DNA of 64,000 nucleotides from Pelagomonas calceolata. Lineage: Eukaryota. The stretch covers positions 930,001 through 994,000 of the forward strand of contig CAKKNE010000003.1 in NCBI GenBank assembly GCA_918797485.1. The letters run 5' to 3'. The notes under the pieces are model-generated. The model was not told the origin of the DNA and searched no databases. It worked only from the letters and a program-made list of their open reading frames with translations. This document shows positions 33,339-43,890 of the stretch, piece after piece. Within the stretch, counting starts at the first letter, position 1; the number at the start of each line of letters is the position of its first letter. A program made the position numbers and the translations under genes.

Positions 33339-33755
33339 CAAAGTTTTTGGAAAAACCAAACGCGCGCTCGACTACACGCGACCAACGAGCCAAGCCAAGC
33401 GGAGGTCAAGATGCGCGCAGGCCGCGTCCGTATCCAAACTACTCGAGAGCGCTCATCAAAATAGCGGCTCGCCACAAAACAAATGAGAGCGCCGCCCCAG
33501 CGCGGTGCCAGACCGGCCCCCAGCGGCCGGCGAGGCCACGCGCACAGCGCGCAAGCCTCCGCCGCGCCAACAGACCAAGCTCGTCAACCGCTTACGCGCG
33601 CGCCCTAGCCACGGCTCTGATCTCCTTGCTACTGCAGGTCTGCCCAGCCTCAGCAGCACCACGCGAACGGCGTCGCCGCGGCGCCCGCCGCGCCGCCGGC
33701 GCCCGCCGCGCCGCCGGCGTCGGCAGCCAACGAGGCCTGCTCGGCGCGCCCGCGC

Positions 33756-34712
33756 GTGTTAAGCGACGACAATCGGTGGGCGGAGGGCGTCTACGAGCTC
33801 CTCCATCCGTACAGCGTCCAAGCCGCGATGTTCCCGCCGAAGTCGATCCGCCGCACTGGGCCCAAGTTCCTTTTCTGCCTCGTCTTGCTGCGGTGGCTTG
33901 CTGGCTCGTTCATGGCTGCCGGAGTGGCGTCTCTTCTGGGTGTTGCGGGGCTTCGCGTTTTAAATAAGGTCAATCCTGCGCCGAGGCTCGATCTGACTTA
34001 CACGCAGCTTATGGAGGTACTCGAAAGGTCACTGTTGCTGCATGAAGCCATGCCCGATATTGTATCGGGGGATAGCGTGTTCAAGCGTGATAGGAATAAA
34101 GTGGCCCAGCGTATGGACCATGGTATCTTTGGACGGAGTTTGCGAACTATTTACGACATCGGCGGCGGCGGCAAACCCAGGCCGGGCCTCGGAAGACGGC
34201 AGTGCTGTTGGGAAGCGGTCCAGGAGCTCGCCAAAACAGATGGTAATGCTCAGAAGCTCGTCGCTTTTGTCGAAGAGCTCCGGGCTTACATCTCGCGGCG
34301 CTGCGGCCGCGAGGTCGAGGTCAGTGGCGCGACTGCGATCAGCACGCTCAACGACGGCGATACCGCCCTGCACGGCGACGGGGCGCGCTTCGATTTGCGG
34401 ACGATCACATGTCTCATGTTGGCATACGGGACGCCCGCATACGTGCCGAAGTGCGTCTCTTTTGGGCTGGTCCGTGACAGGGAGTGGGAAACGCGGGGCT
34501 TGGGCCGCGGCTCTTTCCATGGTTTGGAGGGGATGAAGGCTGCCTGGGATTACCTGGGCGACATCGTGGTGCACCATGGCGAGACGTACGGCGGCGACGT
34601 CTATGCCATGGGCGGCTGGGCCATCGGCCGCTTCCTCGCCGTGGCGCACCGGGTCAACCCGACCGTCGGGTGCCATTGGTCCATCGTGATCGACTGGAAG
34701 TTTGTCGAGTAA
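33756..34712 (+). CDS. Hypothetical protein, possible 2OG-Fe(II) dioxygenase-like fold; 5' end uncertain (acceptor-like site near 33637)
   Basis: 318-aa ORF; TALHGDG (HxD) and a distal AVAHRVNP...WSIV. Confidence 0.45.
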   Translation: MLSDDNRWAEGVYELLHPYSVQAAMFPPKSIRRTGPKFLFCLVLLRWLAGSFMAAGVASLLGVAGLRVLNKVNPAPRLDLTYTQLMEVLERSLLLHEAMPDIVSGDSVFKRDRNKVAQRMDHGIFGRSLRTIYDIGGGGKPRPGLGRRQCCWEAVQELAKTDGNAQKLVAFVEELRAYISRRCGREVEVSGATAISTLNDGDTALHGDGARFDLRTITCLMLAYGTPAYVPKCVSFGLVRDREWETRGLGRGSFHGLEGMKAAWDYLGDIVVHHGETYGGDVYAMGGWAIGRFLAVAHRVNPTVGCHWSIVIDWKFVE

Positions 34713-35214
34713 GTTAGGTGTTTTGTTTTAAGTGTGGAGTTGGAGAGTGGAGTTTAGAATGATGCTCACACCTCACTAGCCTGCTTGTCGAAACCCGCGC
34801 ACAACGTTGGAAACCCGCCATATAGAGCTCGGTTTCCGACGACGACCCTTCGCTCGGGCCGGCCACGCGCTGGTGGACCTCAGCCTGTGCCTAGCGGAGT
34901 GGGAGAAACCAAAATGAGCAACGCCGCATTTTGGTTTTTGAGAGCTTAAAACGGGCCGTGTGCGCAACGCCAGGCTGTAATAATTGATCAGTGCTCTAGC
35001 ACGACTGTGAACTCACTCTGGAAACAACGACGCCGTCTCTCGGCAGCGCTACTGCGCCATCTCACTGCCGCACTGTCTAGGCTGCTTTGCCCAGGCGTGC
35101 TGTTGAAAGCCTCCGCGGAGCAACAGCGCTGCCGCCGTAGTAGCGGCACCACACGTAGACGCTAAGTCGCACGCGTCGCCGTCGTCGCGAGCTCCCGACG
35201 CCTTGCACGCGCCC

Positions 35215-36831
35215 ATGGCCACGGCCGCGCCCGCGCCGATCCAGGCGGAGTCGACCGAAGATAGGCTGACGGAGCGGGTCACGCAGCTCCACGACAGCGA
35301 CAGCGACGAGGACGCCGAGGCCGTCATTGACGAGGCAGTTGCCGAGGAAGACGACTCGGACGATGACTTCTCGGTAGAAGACAGCGACGAGGACGACGAG
35401 GCCGATGATGCCGCCGACGAGGCCGACGACGAGGACGACGCACCGACGGCCATCGACACGGGCGGCTACGACGCCGACGACGAGGACGACGTGCCGAAGG
35501 CCATCGCACCGATGGCCATCAACGCGGGCTACGACGCCGACGACGAGGACGATGCGCCGAGGGCCATCGACGTGGGCAAGCGGAAGAAAAGGTCGCTCCT
35601 AGTGCAGGACCCCGTGTCTATGTTGTACAATCTAGGCGAAGCTTTGGTTGCTGTGGTCCAAGGGGCTCCTTTCGATGCGGACACGCACAAAATACTCAAC
35701 TACTTAGCATTTGACCTCGAAAAACGCAACGTCGATACAACCGTTTCCGACCTCCTGAGCCGCGACTGCATAGAGCCGGAAAAACCACCGGATGGTTTGG
35801 TGATCAACTTCAGCCCTCACGTGCTGGACGCAGCCACATTAGCGTGGCGGGAAGTGCATTTTGGGGAGCAGCCGACGAGCTTTGAGGGCTGGAGCGCTCT
35901 GGAGTGGATTCTTTATAGTAGATCTAAAACGATACCCTGGTATCCGCGCGGGATGCACCGGTTCAAATGTAGAGGTTCGGGCGGCGGCCGCAGACGTCGA
36001 AGGCGCCGAAGCCGGGCTGCCAAGGACTCGGTATATAAGACGCGCCAGTTCTGGACGGCCGACGAGGAGCAGGCCGTCAAGCGCGGCGTCCGGCGCTACG
36101 GCCGCGAGTGGGCCGTGATCCGCGACAACTGTCCCACGCTCAAGGAGAGCGGGCGCTCGGACGGCGACATCCGCGACAAGTGGCGCAACATGGTGGAGAA
36201 GGACCCGACGCTCGTCGAGTCGGTCCGCGCGCCGGTCCCCGCAGCGCCGCCGGCGCCGGCGCCCGCCACACCGGCGGAGGAGGAGGAGGATGACGAGGTG
36301 GCGCCGCCCGTGCCGAAGCGCAGCCGCATCGCCTCCCAGTACGGGAGCCCTCTTGTCCGAGGCGCGGCGCGGCGCGGCCGGACCTTCCCCGTCCATTCCT
36401 TAGCGGAGTGCCTCGCCTCGGACAAATTCAGTATACTAGAAAAGTGGACCTTGGAACATGCGTCAAAACCGTATCCGACGTCGCAAGAAAAGCAGAACCT
36501 CGCGGAACAGTGCGGCCTCGAGCGCGGTTCCGTGGACCACTGGTTTAGGAATATGCGCAAGCGCAAGTTCTTCCACCTCGAGAGAGGGTCAAGACCCCCA
36601 GAAGACGCCTTCGAGACGCAGCTCCTCGCGTTCATGAGGGCCGAGGGTATGAAGCCGCCGGCCGTCCCCGTCGTCGCCGCGGCGCCGGAGCGCGCGCGGC
36701 GCGTGGTCACGCCGGAGCCCGTCGCGCCGCCGGCGCCCGCGGCGGCGCCGTCGTCCGAGCCGGCGTCAGACGAGGAGGTGCCCGAGATCTGCATCCCGTA
36801 CAGTGTCGGGGGGAAAAGGGTACGGAGATAA
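35215..36831 (+). CDS. Acidic N-terminus + TRF/telobox-type Myb + TALE homeodomain protein
   Basis: FWTADEEQAVKRGVRRYGREWAVI...RSDGDIRDKWRNM; LEKWTLEHASKPYPTSQEKQNLAEQCGL...VDHWFRNMRKR. Confidence 0.85.
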   Translation: MATAAPAPIQAESTEDRLTERVTQLHDSDSDEDAEAVIDEAVAEEDDSDDDFSVEDSDEDDEADDAADEADDEDDAPTAIDTGGYDADDEDDVPKAIAPMAINAGYDADDEDDAPRAIDVGKRKKRSLLVQDPVSMLYNLGEALVAVVQGAPFDADTHKILNYLAFDLEKRNVDTTVSDLLSRDCIEPEKPPDGLVINFSPHVLDAATLAWREVHFGEQPTSFEGWSALEWILYSRSKTIPWYPRGMHRFKCRGSGGGRRRRRRRSRAAKDSVYKTRQFWTADEEQAVKRGVRRYGREWAVIRDNCPTLKESGRSDGDIRDKWRNMVEKDPTLVESVRAPVPAAPPAPAPATPAEEEEDDEVAPPVPKRSRIASQYGSPLVRGAARRGRTFPVHSLAECLASDKFSILEKWTLEHASKPYPTSQEKQNLAEQCGLERGSVDHWFRNMRKRKFFHLERGSRPPEDAFETQLLAFMRAEGMKPPAVPVVAAAPERARRVVTPEPVAPPAPAAAPSSEPASDEEVPEICIPYSVGGKRVRR

Positions 36832-36926
36832 GTGTAAACATGTTTGTCACAATGTCATATATATATCACTCTTAGTACCCCCACCAACACGGAAGGCGAA
36901 GGGAAGGCCAAACGGCGCGCTAGAAA

Positions 36927-39499
36927 TCAGGAGAAGTCCAGCTCCGCCCACGGCTCCTTCGAGTAGCAGTACAGGAACGCCGCCTCCTTGAGCGCGTCCA
37001 GCGACGAGAACTTCTCGAGGTCGTGGACGCAGGCCGACTTGTTTTCGATCTCGCGGTCGTAAGCTTTGGAAGCGGCCGGGAAGTCCGCCTCCTCCAATAG
37101 CGAGGCCGGGTGTCCGGCCGGGACGAAGACGGGCGCGCCGGTGCCGTTGTCCCTATAGAGACCCACCAAGTTCTTGGCGCCGTCGTAGGCCGGATAACCG
37201 AGTGACGTCGTGCCGCGCGCCGGCCGGAAGCGCTTCGCGAGGATGACGCGGACTTTTGGCTCCTCGGCGAGTGACTCGGGCGTCGCCGAAAAGGGCGGCA
37301 GCACGCCGGAGTCCTCGAAACCAGAACCGTCGCCCGTGGGCCCGCCCGTGTAGAGCGACGAGACGCCTCGCTGGACGACGGGCGGTTGTAAGCCGGCGCT
37401 CAACCTGCGTCGAACGACGCCGTCGCGTTACGAGACTCTCTGGCCGCCACGTCGATGGCGTCGAGGCGACGTCTGACAGTCACGTCGACGGCGTGGGGGC
37501 GACGTCTGACAGCCACGTCGACGGCGTCGAGGCGGCGTGGTCTCATGAAGACGCCATCGACGCGACCACGTCACGTTCAAGTTCATCTTCTGCTCCGAGC
37601 CACCGACCCGAGCTCGTCCGCGCCCGGGAACGGCGCGACCACACCTCTCTCGGCAGCATCTAAGGCATCCAGCGTCAAACCGGCCGACGTGCCTGCGCGC
37701 GGCGACGGCGTCGACGTCGTGCCGATGGCGGCGTGGCCTTCGTCCGGTAGCGCCACGAGCAGCGAGCGCCGCGACGGGATCGCGCGCGCGAGCGGCTGCT
37801 TCGCTTCGGCAGCGCGGCGCGGACACGGGCGCTGCGGGCGCCATGAACCAAGACGCGGGACGCGCACGCGCGCGCGACATGGGCGGCTTCGCGACGTGGC
37901 CGGCCGGCGCCTGGAGCGAGACCTTGCGCTTCTTGCGCCCGGCGGCGCCGGGGCCGAGGTGCGGGGCCTGCGCGCGTTGTTGGCGTCGCGTCGACAGCAT
38001 CGCGTGGACTCACGCCATCGACGCGAAGGAAACGCGGGCCACCTCGACGCCACCAACGCGGCAAGCATCCACTCGGACAGGAACGAAGAAAAAAAGAAGG
38101 ACGCCGAAACACGAACCACGTCGCTCTCGTAGCGCCGCTCGAGCTTCGCGATCAAAGCGTTTGGATTAATAAGCTGCTGCATGTCCGGCGCCCACTTCAT
38201 CTGGTCCAGACCCTCCATGACCTGTGTGGAAATCAACCAGTGCGTCGAGTGCGGAACGCGCCGTAAAATTTTGATTTCCACACAGACAAATGACGCTCTC
38301 GATCCAGCCCGCGACGCCGGGAGCATGTGCAAATGAATTGGTAGTCGTCACGGGCGGAGGAGTGCGAGACCGAGCCGGCGAGGTAGGCTGCCTTCTTCTC
38401 TTATTTCTTTTGGATCGCACGTTCACTGCCCTACTAAACACGGGCGCGACATCACAATCGGTCGGCGACTCGTCAATATCAGCCATCACCTCGATCTTGA
38501 ACGACTGGCCCTGGTGGTTCTTCGACACGTCCTCCACTCGAGCTTTTATAGCCAGAGACCCTTTGTAGAGCTTGATGGACGGTTTTTTATCATGAGAATC
38601 CGTCCAGATGCGCAACACGTTTTGATTGGTGACGGGCATGCCGCTCTCGGCATATCTCAACAAACACTTCAGTTGCACGGGCCGGTCCTTGATCTTGGAG
38701 CCCGACCCGTCCTCCAACGACACGTTCAACAGGATGCACTTCTCGCGGCCGCCCTCGTCCTTGTACCAGACCTGCGTTTGTATGAAGCGTCGATGGCGTC
38801 GATGGCGTCTCTCGGTGTCGTCGCGGCGCCGCGTCGATGGCGTCGCGGCGGCGCGTTGACGGTGCCGTCGCGTCGACTGGCGTGCCGCGGCCGCGCCACA
38901 AGGGCGAACGACACGCAACGGCGCCGTTCCCGGGAGACGCTCCAGTGCTCCGCGACGCCATCGACGCGGTCCGAACGGCCCCGAATTCGAAAGAAAAACC
39001 ACCCACGCCATCCTGAGACGGAGCCGAGTCGTTTCAATGAAGTGAAAGACGCCGGAAGACGCGCCGCCGCCGCGTCCTTCATCTTCTTCGTCTCGGCCTC
39101 GTCGTGCTCTAAGATACCTCCTTCGTCTATCACGAGGCGGTAGCGCATCACCCTCAAAGGCTCGGACCAGACTTCGAGCTTACTGCCGTTCTTCATCTTC
39201 GCACTGGCTTTCAGCACGAATCTCCGATTATCCAACTCCATGCTCGACTTCGTGATATGGAGCTTACAAGTGCACATGCCGTTCTTCGTGATCTTTGGAC
39301 TCTTGGAACCTTCCACTTCAAACACGCCCTTGCTGACCTGTTTATCCTTTTCCTCGTAGTACAATTCTAGCGACAGGGGCAGCTCGATGCCTCCGTGGAT
39401 TTCGTGGTCGCCGTCGATGAGCGTGAGTTGCACGGGGAAGAACTCTCCCACAAAAGGGTGGTCCGGCGGCGCCTGGCTGAAGGCGAGGGAGAAGGCCAT
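36927..39499 (-). CDS. Multi-exon hypothetical protein with two beta-rich repeats (WYKDEGGREKCI motif); at least 4 introns
   Basis: Approximate exons 39499-~39060, 38771-38295, 38221-38120, 37967-~37610 (possibly split further), 37404-36927; several junctions are approximate. Confidence 0.6.
37446..37535. repeat. 33-bp tandem repeat (~2.7 copies) inside an intron
   Basis: CACGTCGAYGGCGTSGRGGCGACGTCTGACAG units. Confidence 0.8.
38222..38285. mobile_element. Introner family 1, minimal 64-bp deletion derivative (intron 38222-38294)
   Basis: Perfect 15-bp TIRs; residual TSD ATGAC; splicing gives WIES|VMEGL. Confidence 0.9.
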
Positions 39500-39688
39500 C
39501 TTATCGGCGGCGCGTGCTGCTCTGATAGCCTTCTAAGGATGTTTAGTTTTTTTGCGTTACGTCGGCGGCGTAATGCAACGCGGCAGCGCGTGTGGTTTCG
39601 GTGCGCTGCGGCGACGCTCTGACAATTCGCTGGTGCTTGCGCAGCGCGTGGCGGAGCAAAATAAGGCAGCGTCGGAGGTCGAGACTTG

Positions 39689-39711
39689 CTAGCGAGGCAT
39701 AGAGACACTAG
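39689..39711 (-). promoter_or_regulatory. CTAG-bounded motif, copy 9
   Basis: Reverse complement CTAGTGTCTCTATGCCTCGCTAG, 190 bp upstream of ATG 39499. Confidence 0.5.
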
Positions 39712-39948
39712 CCAGCAGGTTGAGAGTACAAAGTCGAAACGGCGACTAGACGGGCTTCATCTACCCGCACCGATGGCAAAATACCCGCCCGCGCGCCCGT
39801 TGCCGATGACTTGGCTGCTTCGGGCAGCCCGCGGCGCGGGAATCTGGAATCAAGTTGGAGAATTAAGTCAGTTCCGAGAAGCCGTCCCCTTGACGCCGTC
39901 GACGACGACACGACGACGACGGGAGAAAACGGACACAGGGGGACAGAA

Positions 39949-40350
39949 TCAGGCCGTGAAGTCGTCGGCCGTGAACTTGGCCACCTTCTGCGAGACCACG
40001 CCGCCGCCGGCCTTGAAGTCCGCCCACGCTTTATAATGGGGCAGCGTCTTGTGCACGGCCATGGCGTCGTTATCTTTGTAGATCTCGTAGAAGTGCCACG
40101 TGTTCGCCTGTTCCGAGTCCTTGAGGAGATCGAACCTCAAACAGCCCTCCTCCTCCCTGCTACCGGCCGCGTCCACTTTTAAAGCTTCGAGGAAGGCGGG
40201 CACCCTACTCTCTTCGATCTCGACGGTGACCATGACACCGATCGGCGCGGCGCTCATTTTGGTGAAGGCTCTTCGCTGGACGGCGAGCGGGGCGAAGGCT
40301 CGGGCGCCGGCGAGCAGCGTGCCGGTCCGCACCAGGTTCTTGAGGAGCAT
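39949..40350 (-). CDS. ABM (antibiotic biosynthesis monooxygenase)/LsrG-like protein, probably plastid-targeted
   Basis: ARAFAP presequence; SREEEGCLRFDLL...FYEIY...AVHKTLPHYKAW. Confidence 0.85.
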   Translation of the reverse strand: MLLKNLVRTGTLLAGARAFAPLAVQRRAFTKMSAAPIGVMVTVEIEESRVPAFLEALKVDAAGSREEEGCLRFDLLKDSEQANTWHFYEIYKDNDAMAVHKTLPHYKAWADFKAGGGVVSQKVAKFTADDFTA

Positions 40351-40819
40351 CGGGGCCTGCGTTGTTGTGCGAGTTGTGATGCATCGAACGGCGTTGGTTT
40401 TTGATACCGATGTTTGACGGTCGCGGCGATGGCGTGCCGGTGGCATCTGTCTCCGCCTCCACGCCCCGAGGGCGCTTTACTGTGCATCCACAGCTGCGAG
40501 GAGGCTGAGAGCCTGATGCGCGTCCTCGAGCTACGCTTCACGGACGAGGACTTGGCCAAGGCCAAAGAACACGTGGACATGCAGACGACGCGAAGGCCAA
40601 GGGGCAAGCCGTCGCCGCGGCGCGACGCGCTTTTTCCGCGGATGAGAGCTGGCTGGCTGAGAGAGGCTCTCTGAGGGGTTTGCTCAAATGACTGCAGGAC
40701 TCGCCCAGTTGCTCGCGCTGTCGCCTCGGCAGCGCGCGCGAGGGCAAATTGACAACTCGGACGCTGGAGACGTGCAGCGTGGACAACGCTGCGGCTGTGC
40801 TTGACCGAGGCTGCGATTG

Positions 40820-40841
40820 CTAGTGTGTTACAGGCCGCTAG
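40820..40841 (+). promoter_or_regulatory. CTAG-bounded motif, copy 10
   Basis: CTAGTGTGTTACAGGCCGCTAG. Confidence 0.6.
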
Positions 40842-40859
40842 CTAGCTTGTGCGCGGGCT

Positions 40860-41978
40860 CTAGTACCTCACGGGGTTTTCATGGTCTCTCCCGGGGTTTT
40901 GGGGTTTTACGCAGCCCCTATGGTGCGCACCGCCACAAAAGCTGTTGGGATGACCTCTCGCATGGTCCGGCCTGCCGCTGCAGCAATTTTTTCGTTGGCA
41001 ATTTCGTCGCGGCGCCGGACATAGCCCCAAAATCCAGCAGCCCCCGCACGATCGCGTTTCGCACGATACCCGGCGCTGCGTACGCCCGCGGCGCTTCGGC
41101 GGCGTCCACGCCATGCCCGTCGACGCTTCCGAGCCGCCCACCTTGTTGTGGTGACCGTTTATGCACATGCGCCCGCGCCGCGACGGACGCGAACTAAAGT
41201 TGCCGGGAGAAAGACGGCGGACGGCGCACGAAATTTGGGCGAGAAGGAGCGGGCACTTTTCAATGCCCGCGACCGCTTTACATAGGTCGGAATCTTACCT
41301 ATCCCGTCCCGTGGCACCTTTCAATGCCGCGGGCCGGGCCCTGGAAAGGCCCCACGGCACGGTCCCTCGTGCCGCATGACCGGGTTAGGGACGCGTCAAC
41401 AGGGTTAGACCGGGGGTAGGGTGGGGGTTTGGGTAAACAGCCCGTAGACAGCTCCTTCCTGCTAAAGCCACTAAACGGGTTTTACGTAAAACCCGTTTAG
41501 TAGAATTGATTAATTGGCCATAATTGGCCATAACTTACGTTTTCGCAGCCTAGGAAGCGCTTCGACGGTCGATCCTCGTCCACGACATACCCGTCGCCCA
41601 CGCGGACGGCGGTGGCTACGTCGGGCAGCCGGTTGTCACATTTTCGACATGGTCGCGTCGACGGCGTCGTCGTCCAAGGGATGAAGTCCCGATGTACTTT
41701 CCACCACGGCTTGTCAGGAAGTCGGTAGGGACCCGCGGTACCCGTGGTAGCTCGGCGCGCGCCGGCGGCCGCCGTAGCGGCGCGTAATCTAGTCGACGAG
41801 CATGGTGGCCAGTATTTTAAGGCTGCGGATGCGGCGCGGATCAAAAATAATGTCGTCCGCGGGCTCGGGGCAGCCTGTGGACGTCGTGCGGACCTCCTGC
41901 GGGCAATACCTAGCGAGGACGACCACGTATTCTCCAAAACCCCGGGAGAGACCACGAAAACCCCGGGAGACACTCTAG
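40860..41978. mobile_element. Putative non-autonomous TIR element with G4T4-containing termini
   Basis: 40871-40902 and 41934-41965 are 31/32 reverse complements; CTAG at both outer ends; no convincing ORF; central perfect palindrome at 41470-41501. Confidence 0.65.
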
Positions 41979-42225
41979 CCTTGTGCCGCGGCGCCGCGAG
42001 CTCGCGCGACGCTGCTGCCTACGCATTTATCCGACAGCGAGCGATTCGTTATCTGCTCTGCGCTGCGCCAAGGCTAAAGGGCCAGCTCAAAGCGCGCCGC
42101 TAGTGCACCTGACAAAAGAGCTCCCTTGAGCGCACGCGCCTCGCCACCCGAACGCGCCGTCGAGGCGCCGCGGCTACCAAGTGCTCGCCGAGCAGCAACG
42201 CACGTCGCTCGACGACACAACCACC

Positions 42226-43224
42226 ATGATCGCCTTCGAGGACACCGTCGTCGATAGGGAATCGGAGCTCGACTGGGAGACGTTGGTGACGTCGACGACA
42301 GCCGTTGCGAACGAGCCCGCGCCCGTCCCGGGGGCCGTCTCGAGCGGCGTGCCCATCGTCAACGCTATTGGGAGGGGCACGGCGGCCGTCGGCGGCGCGG
42401 CGTGGCAGTCGCAAGTGACGTTCGGCACGCAACAAAGGCCCGTAGATCCAAGAGCTCCAGTCGTGCAAGACGGGCGCGAAGGCAAGTTGTTCCTGGGGGG
42501 CATCACGTGGGCTACCGATGAAGATGCTATTAGGGAGTACTTTGGTAGATTTGGCGAAGTCACTGATGCCGCGGTCATGCGCAATAAAACTACGGGAGTG
42601 TCGCGGGGTTTCGGCTTCGTTACTTTTAGGGATGCGGCGACGGCCGACAGTGTGGTCGCGGGCATCCACACGATTGATGGCAGAAGGGTAGATATCAAAC
42701 CAGCAGTGCCCCAGGGCAACGCGCCGCCGCCCTTGGTAAATACGGCGGACGGCGCGATTGATGGGAGAGGCCCACCAACACTACCGAACCAGCCCCTGCC
42801 TCTACCCGTCGGTGGAGCACCCAAGGCGCCGGGCGCCGAGTATGGTGGGGGAGGTAGGGTCTCGCGGAAGTTCTTCGTCGGCGGCCTGCCCTCGTCTTTG
42901 GGGGATGCGGACTTCCGCGCGCATTTTGAAAGATTCGGTCCTGTCAGTGACGCGGTCGTCATGGTCGACCGGTCGACCCAACGATCTAGAGGTTTTGGCT
43001 TCGTGACGTTCGTGGAGGAATCGAGCGCCAGGGCGTGCGCGGCCACGAGGCATGAATTACATGGCAAGTTCGTCGACTGCAAACAAGCGCAGCCGGGCCC
43101 GAACGAGGGCGGCGCGCAGCCGCCTCCTCTCCCATCCGTGCCGCCCGCCGGTGGTGGATTAGGTGGCCACTACGGGCCGCCCGCGGGCGGCGGGTTCGGG
43201 GCGCCGGCATTCCGGCCGTTCTAG
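42226..43224 (+). CDS. Two-RRM RNA-binding protein (hnRNP A1/Musashi/DAZAP1-like)
   Basis: KLFLGGI / SRGFGFVTF and KFFVGGL / SRGFGFVTF. Confidence 0.9.
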   Translation: MIAFEDTVVDRESELDWETLVTSTTAVANEPAPVPGAVSSGVPIVNAIGRGTAAVGGAAWQSQVTFGTQQRPVDPRAPVVQDGREGKLFLGGITWATDEDAIREYFGRFGEVTDAAVMRNKTTGVSRGFGFVTFRDAATADSVVAGIHTIDGRRVDIKPAVPQGNAPPPLVNTADGAIDGRGPPTLPNQPLPLPVGGAPKAPGAEYGGGGRVSRKFFVGGLPSSLGDADFRAHFERFGPVSDAVVMVDRSTQRSRGFGFVTFVEESSARACAATRHELHGKFVDCKQAQPGPNEGGAQPPPLPSVPPAGGGLGGHYGPPAGGGFGAPAFRPF

Positions 43225-43259
43225 TCTTTTGAGAGCGCGTTTAAGATAGTCTTTAGGAC

Positions 43260-43890
43260 TTAGACGCTCCCCGGCGGCGTTTCTTTGGAGTCGCGCGCTG
43301 CTCGCGCTTTTTGCAGTGCGTCCTCAATTCTCGCGGTGAGCGGGTGCGCGCCACCGAGCACGCGCCGTGCGGTCCGTGCCGTCTCTTCGAGCGTCATCAC
43401 GGCCTCGTGGAGGTCATCGAGGGTGGCGGCGGGGTCTCTGTAGAGCGCGGTCGCGTAAAGCCTCCTCATACCGAGCGCGGACCCATGCGAGTCTCCGAGA
43501 ACGCGCCGCACCGCGGGAATCGTTTTGCGCATAATTACCTTGACTTCTTCGAAGCGCTGTAGACCAATAAGGGACGCAGCGTAGTTGTTGGCCGCCACGA
43601 GGGTATGTTCATGTTCTTCGCCGTTGAGCTTCACCCGCCCGGAGTATACGTCTCGATTCAATCGCAGGGCCTCTTCCTTCCGCCCGAGCATATCATACGT
43701 ATTCGCAATATTGCCCTGCACGACGAGCAAATCTCCTCTTGATGCGCCAACGCGCCGCTTCACAGACAACTCGGCCTCTTTTACGGACAACGCTTCCTCG
43801 TGGTGGTCTACAACGGTTAAACCGTTCCCTAGTACGGTCATTGACTCTCTCCGAATCCAGTCAGTCTCCGGCCTCCCCAAGTACGTCTTC
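43260..43890 (-). pseudogene. 5'-truncated TPR-like family fragment, out of frame with the upstream ankyrin ORF
   Basis: CWKTYLGRPETDW...EEALSVKEAELS...GNIANTY...AANNYAASL...RRVLG...ATLDDLHEAV; no ATG at the start of the homology. Confidence 0.5.

Noticed and set aside
34906..34937. Hairpin AAACCAAAATG/CATTTTGGTTT as a terminator or Helitron end
   Set aside because: Isolated 11-bp stem with no adjacent CTRR end or second copy.
41383..41435. True telomere or interstitial telomeric array
   Set aside because: Only one or two TTAGGG units, and genes continue on both sides.
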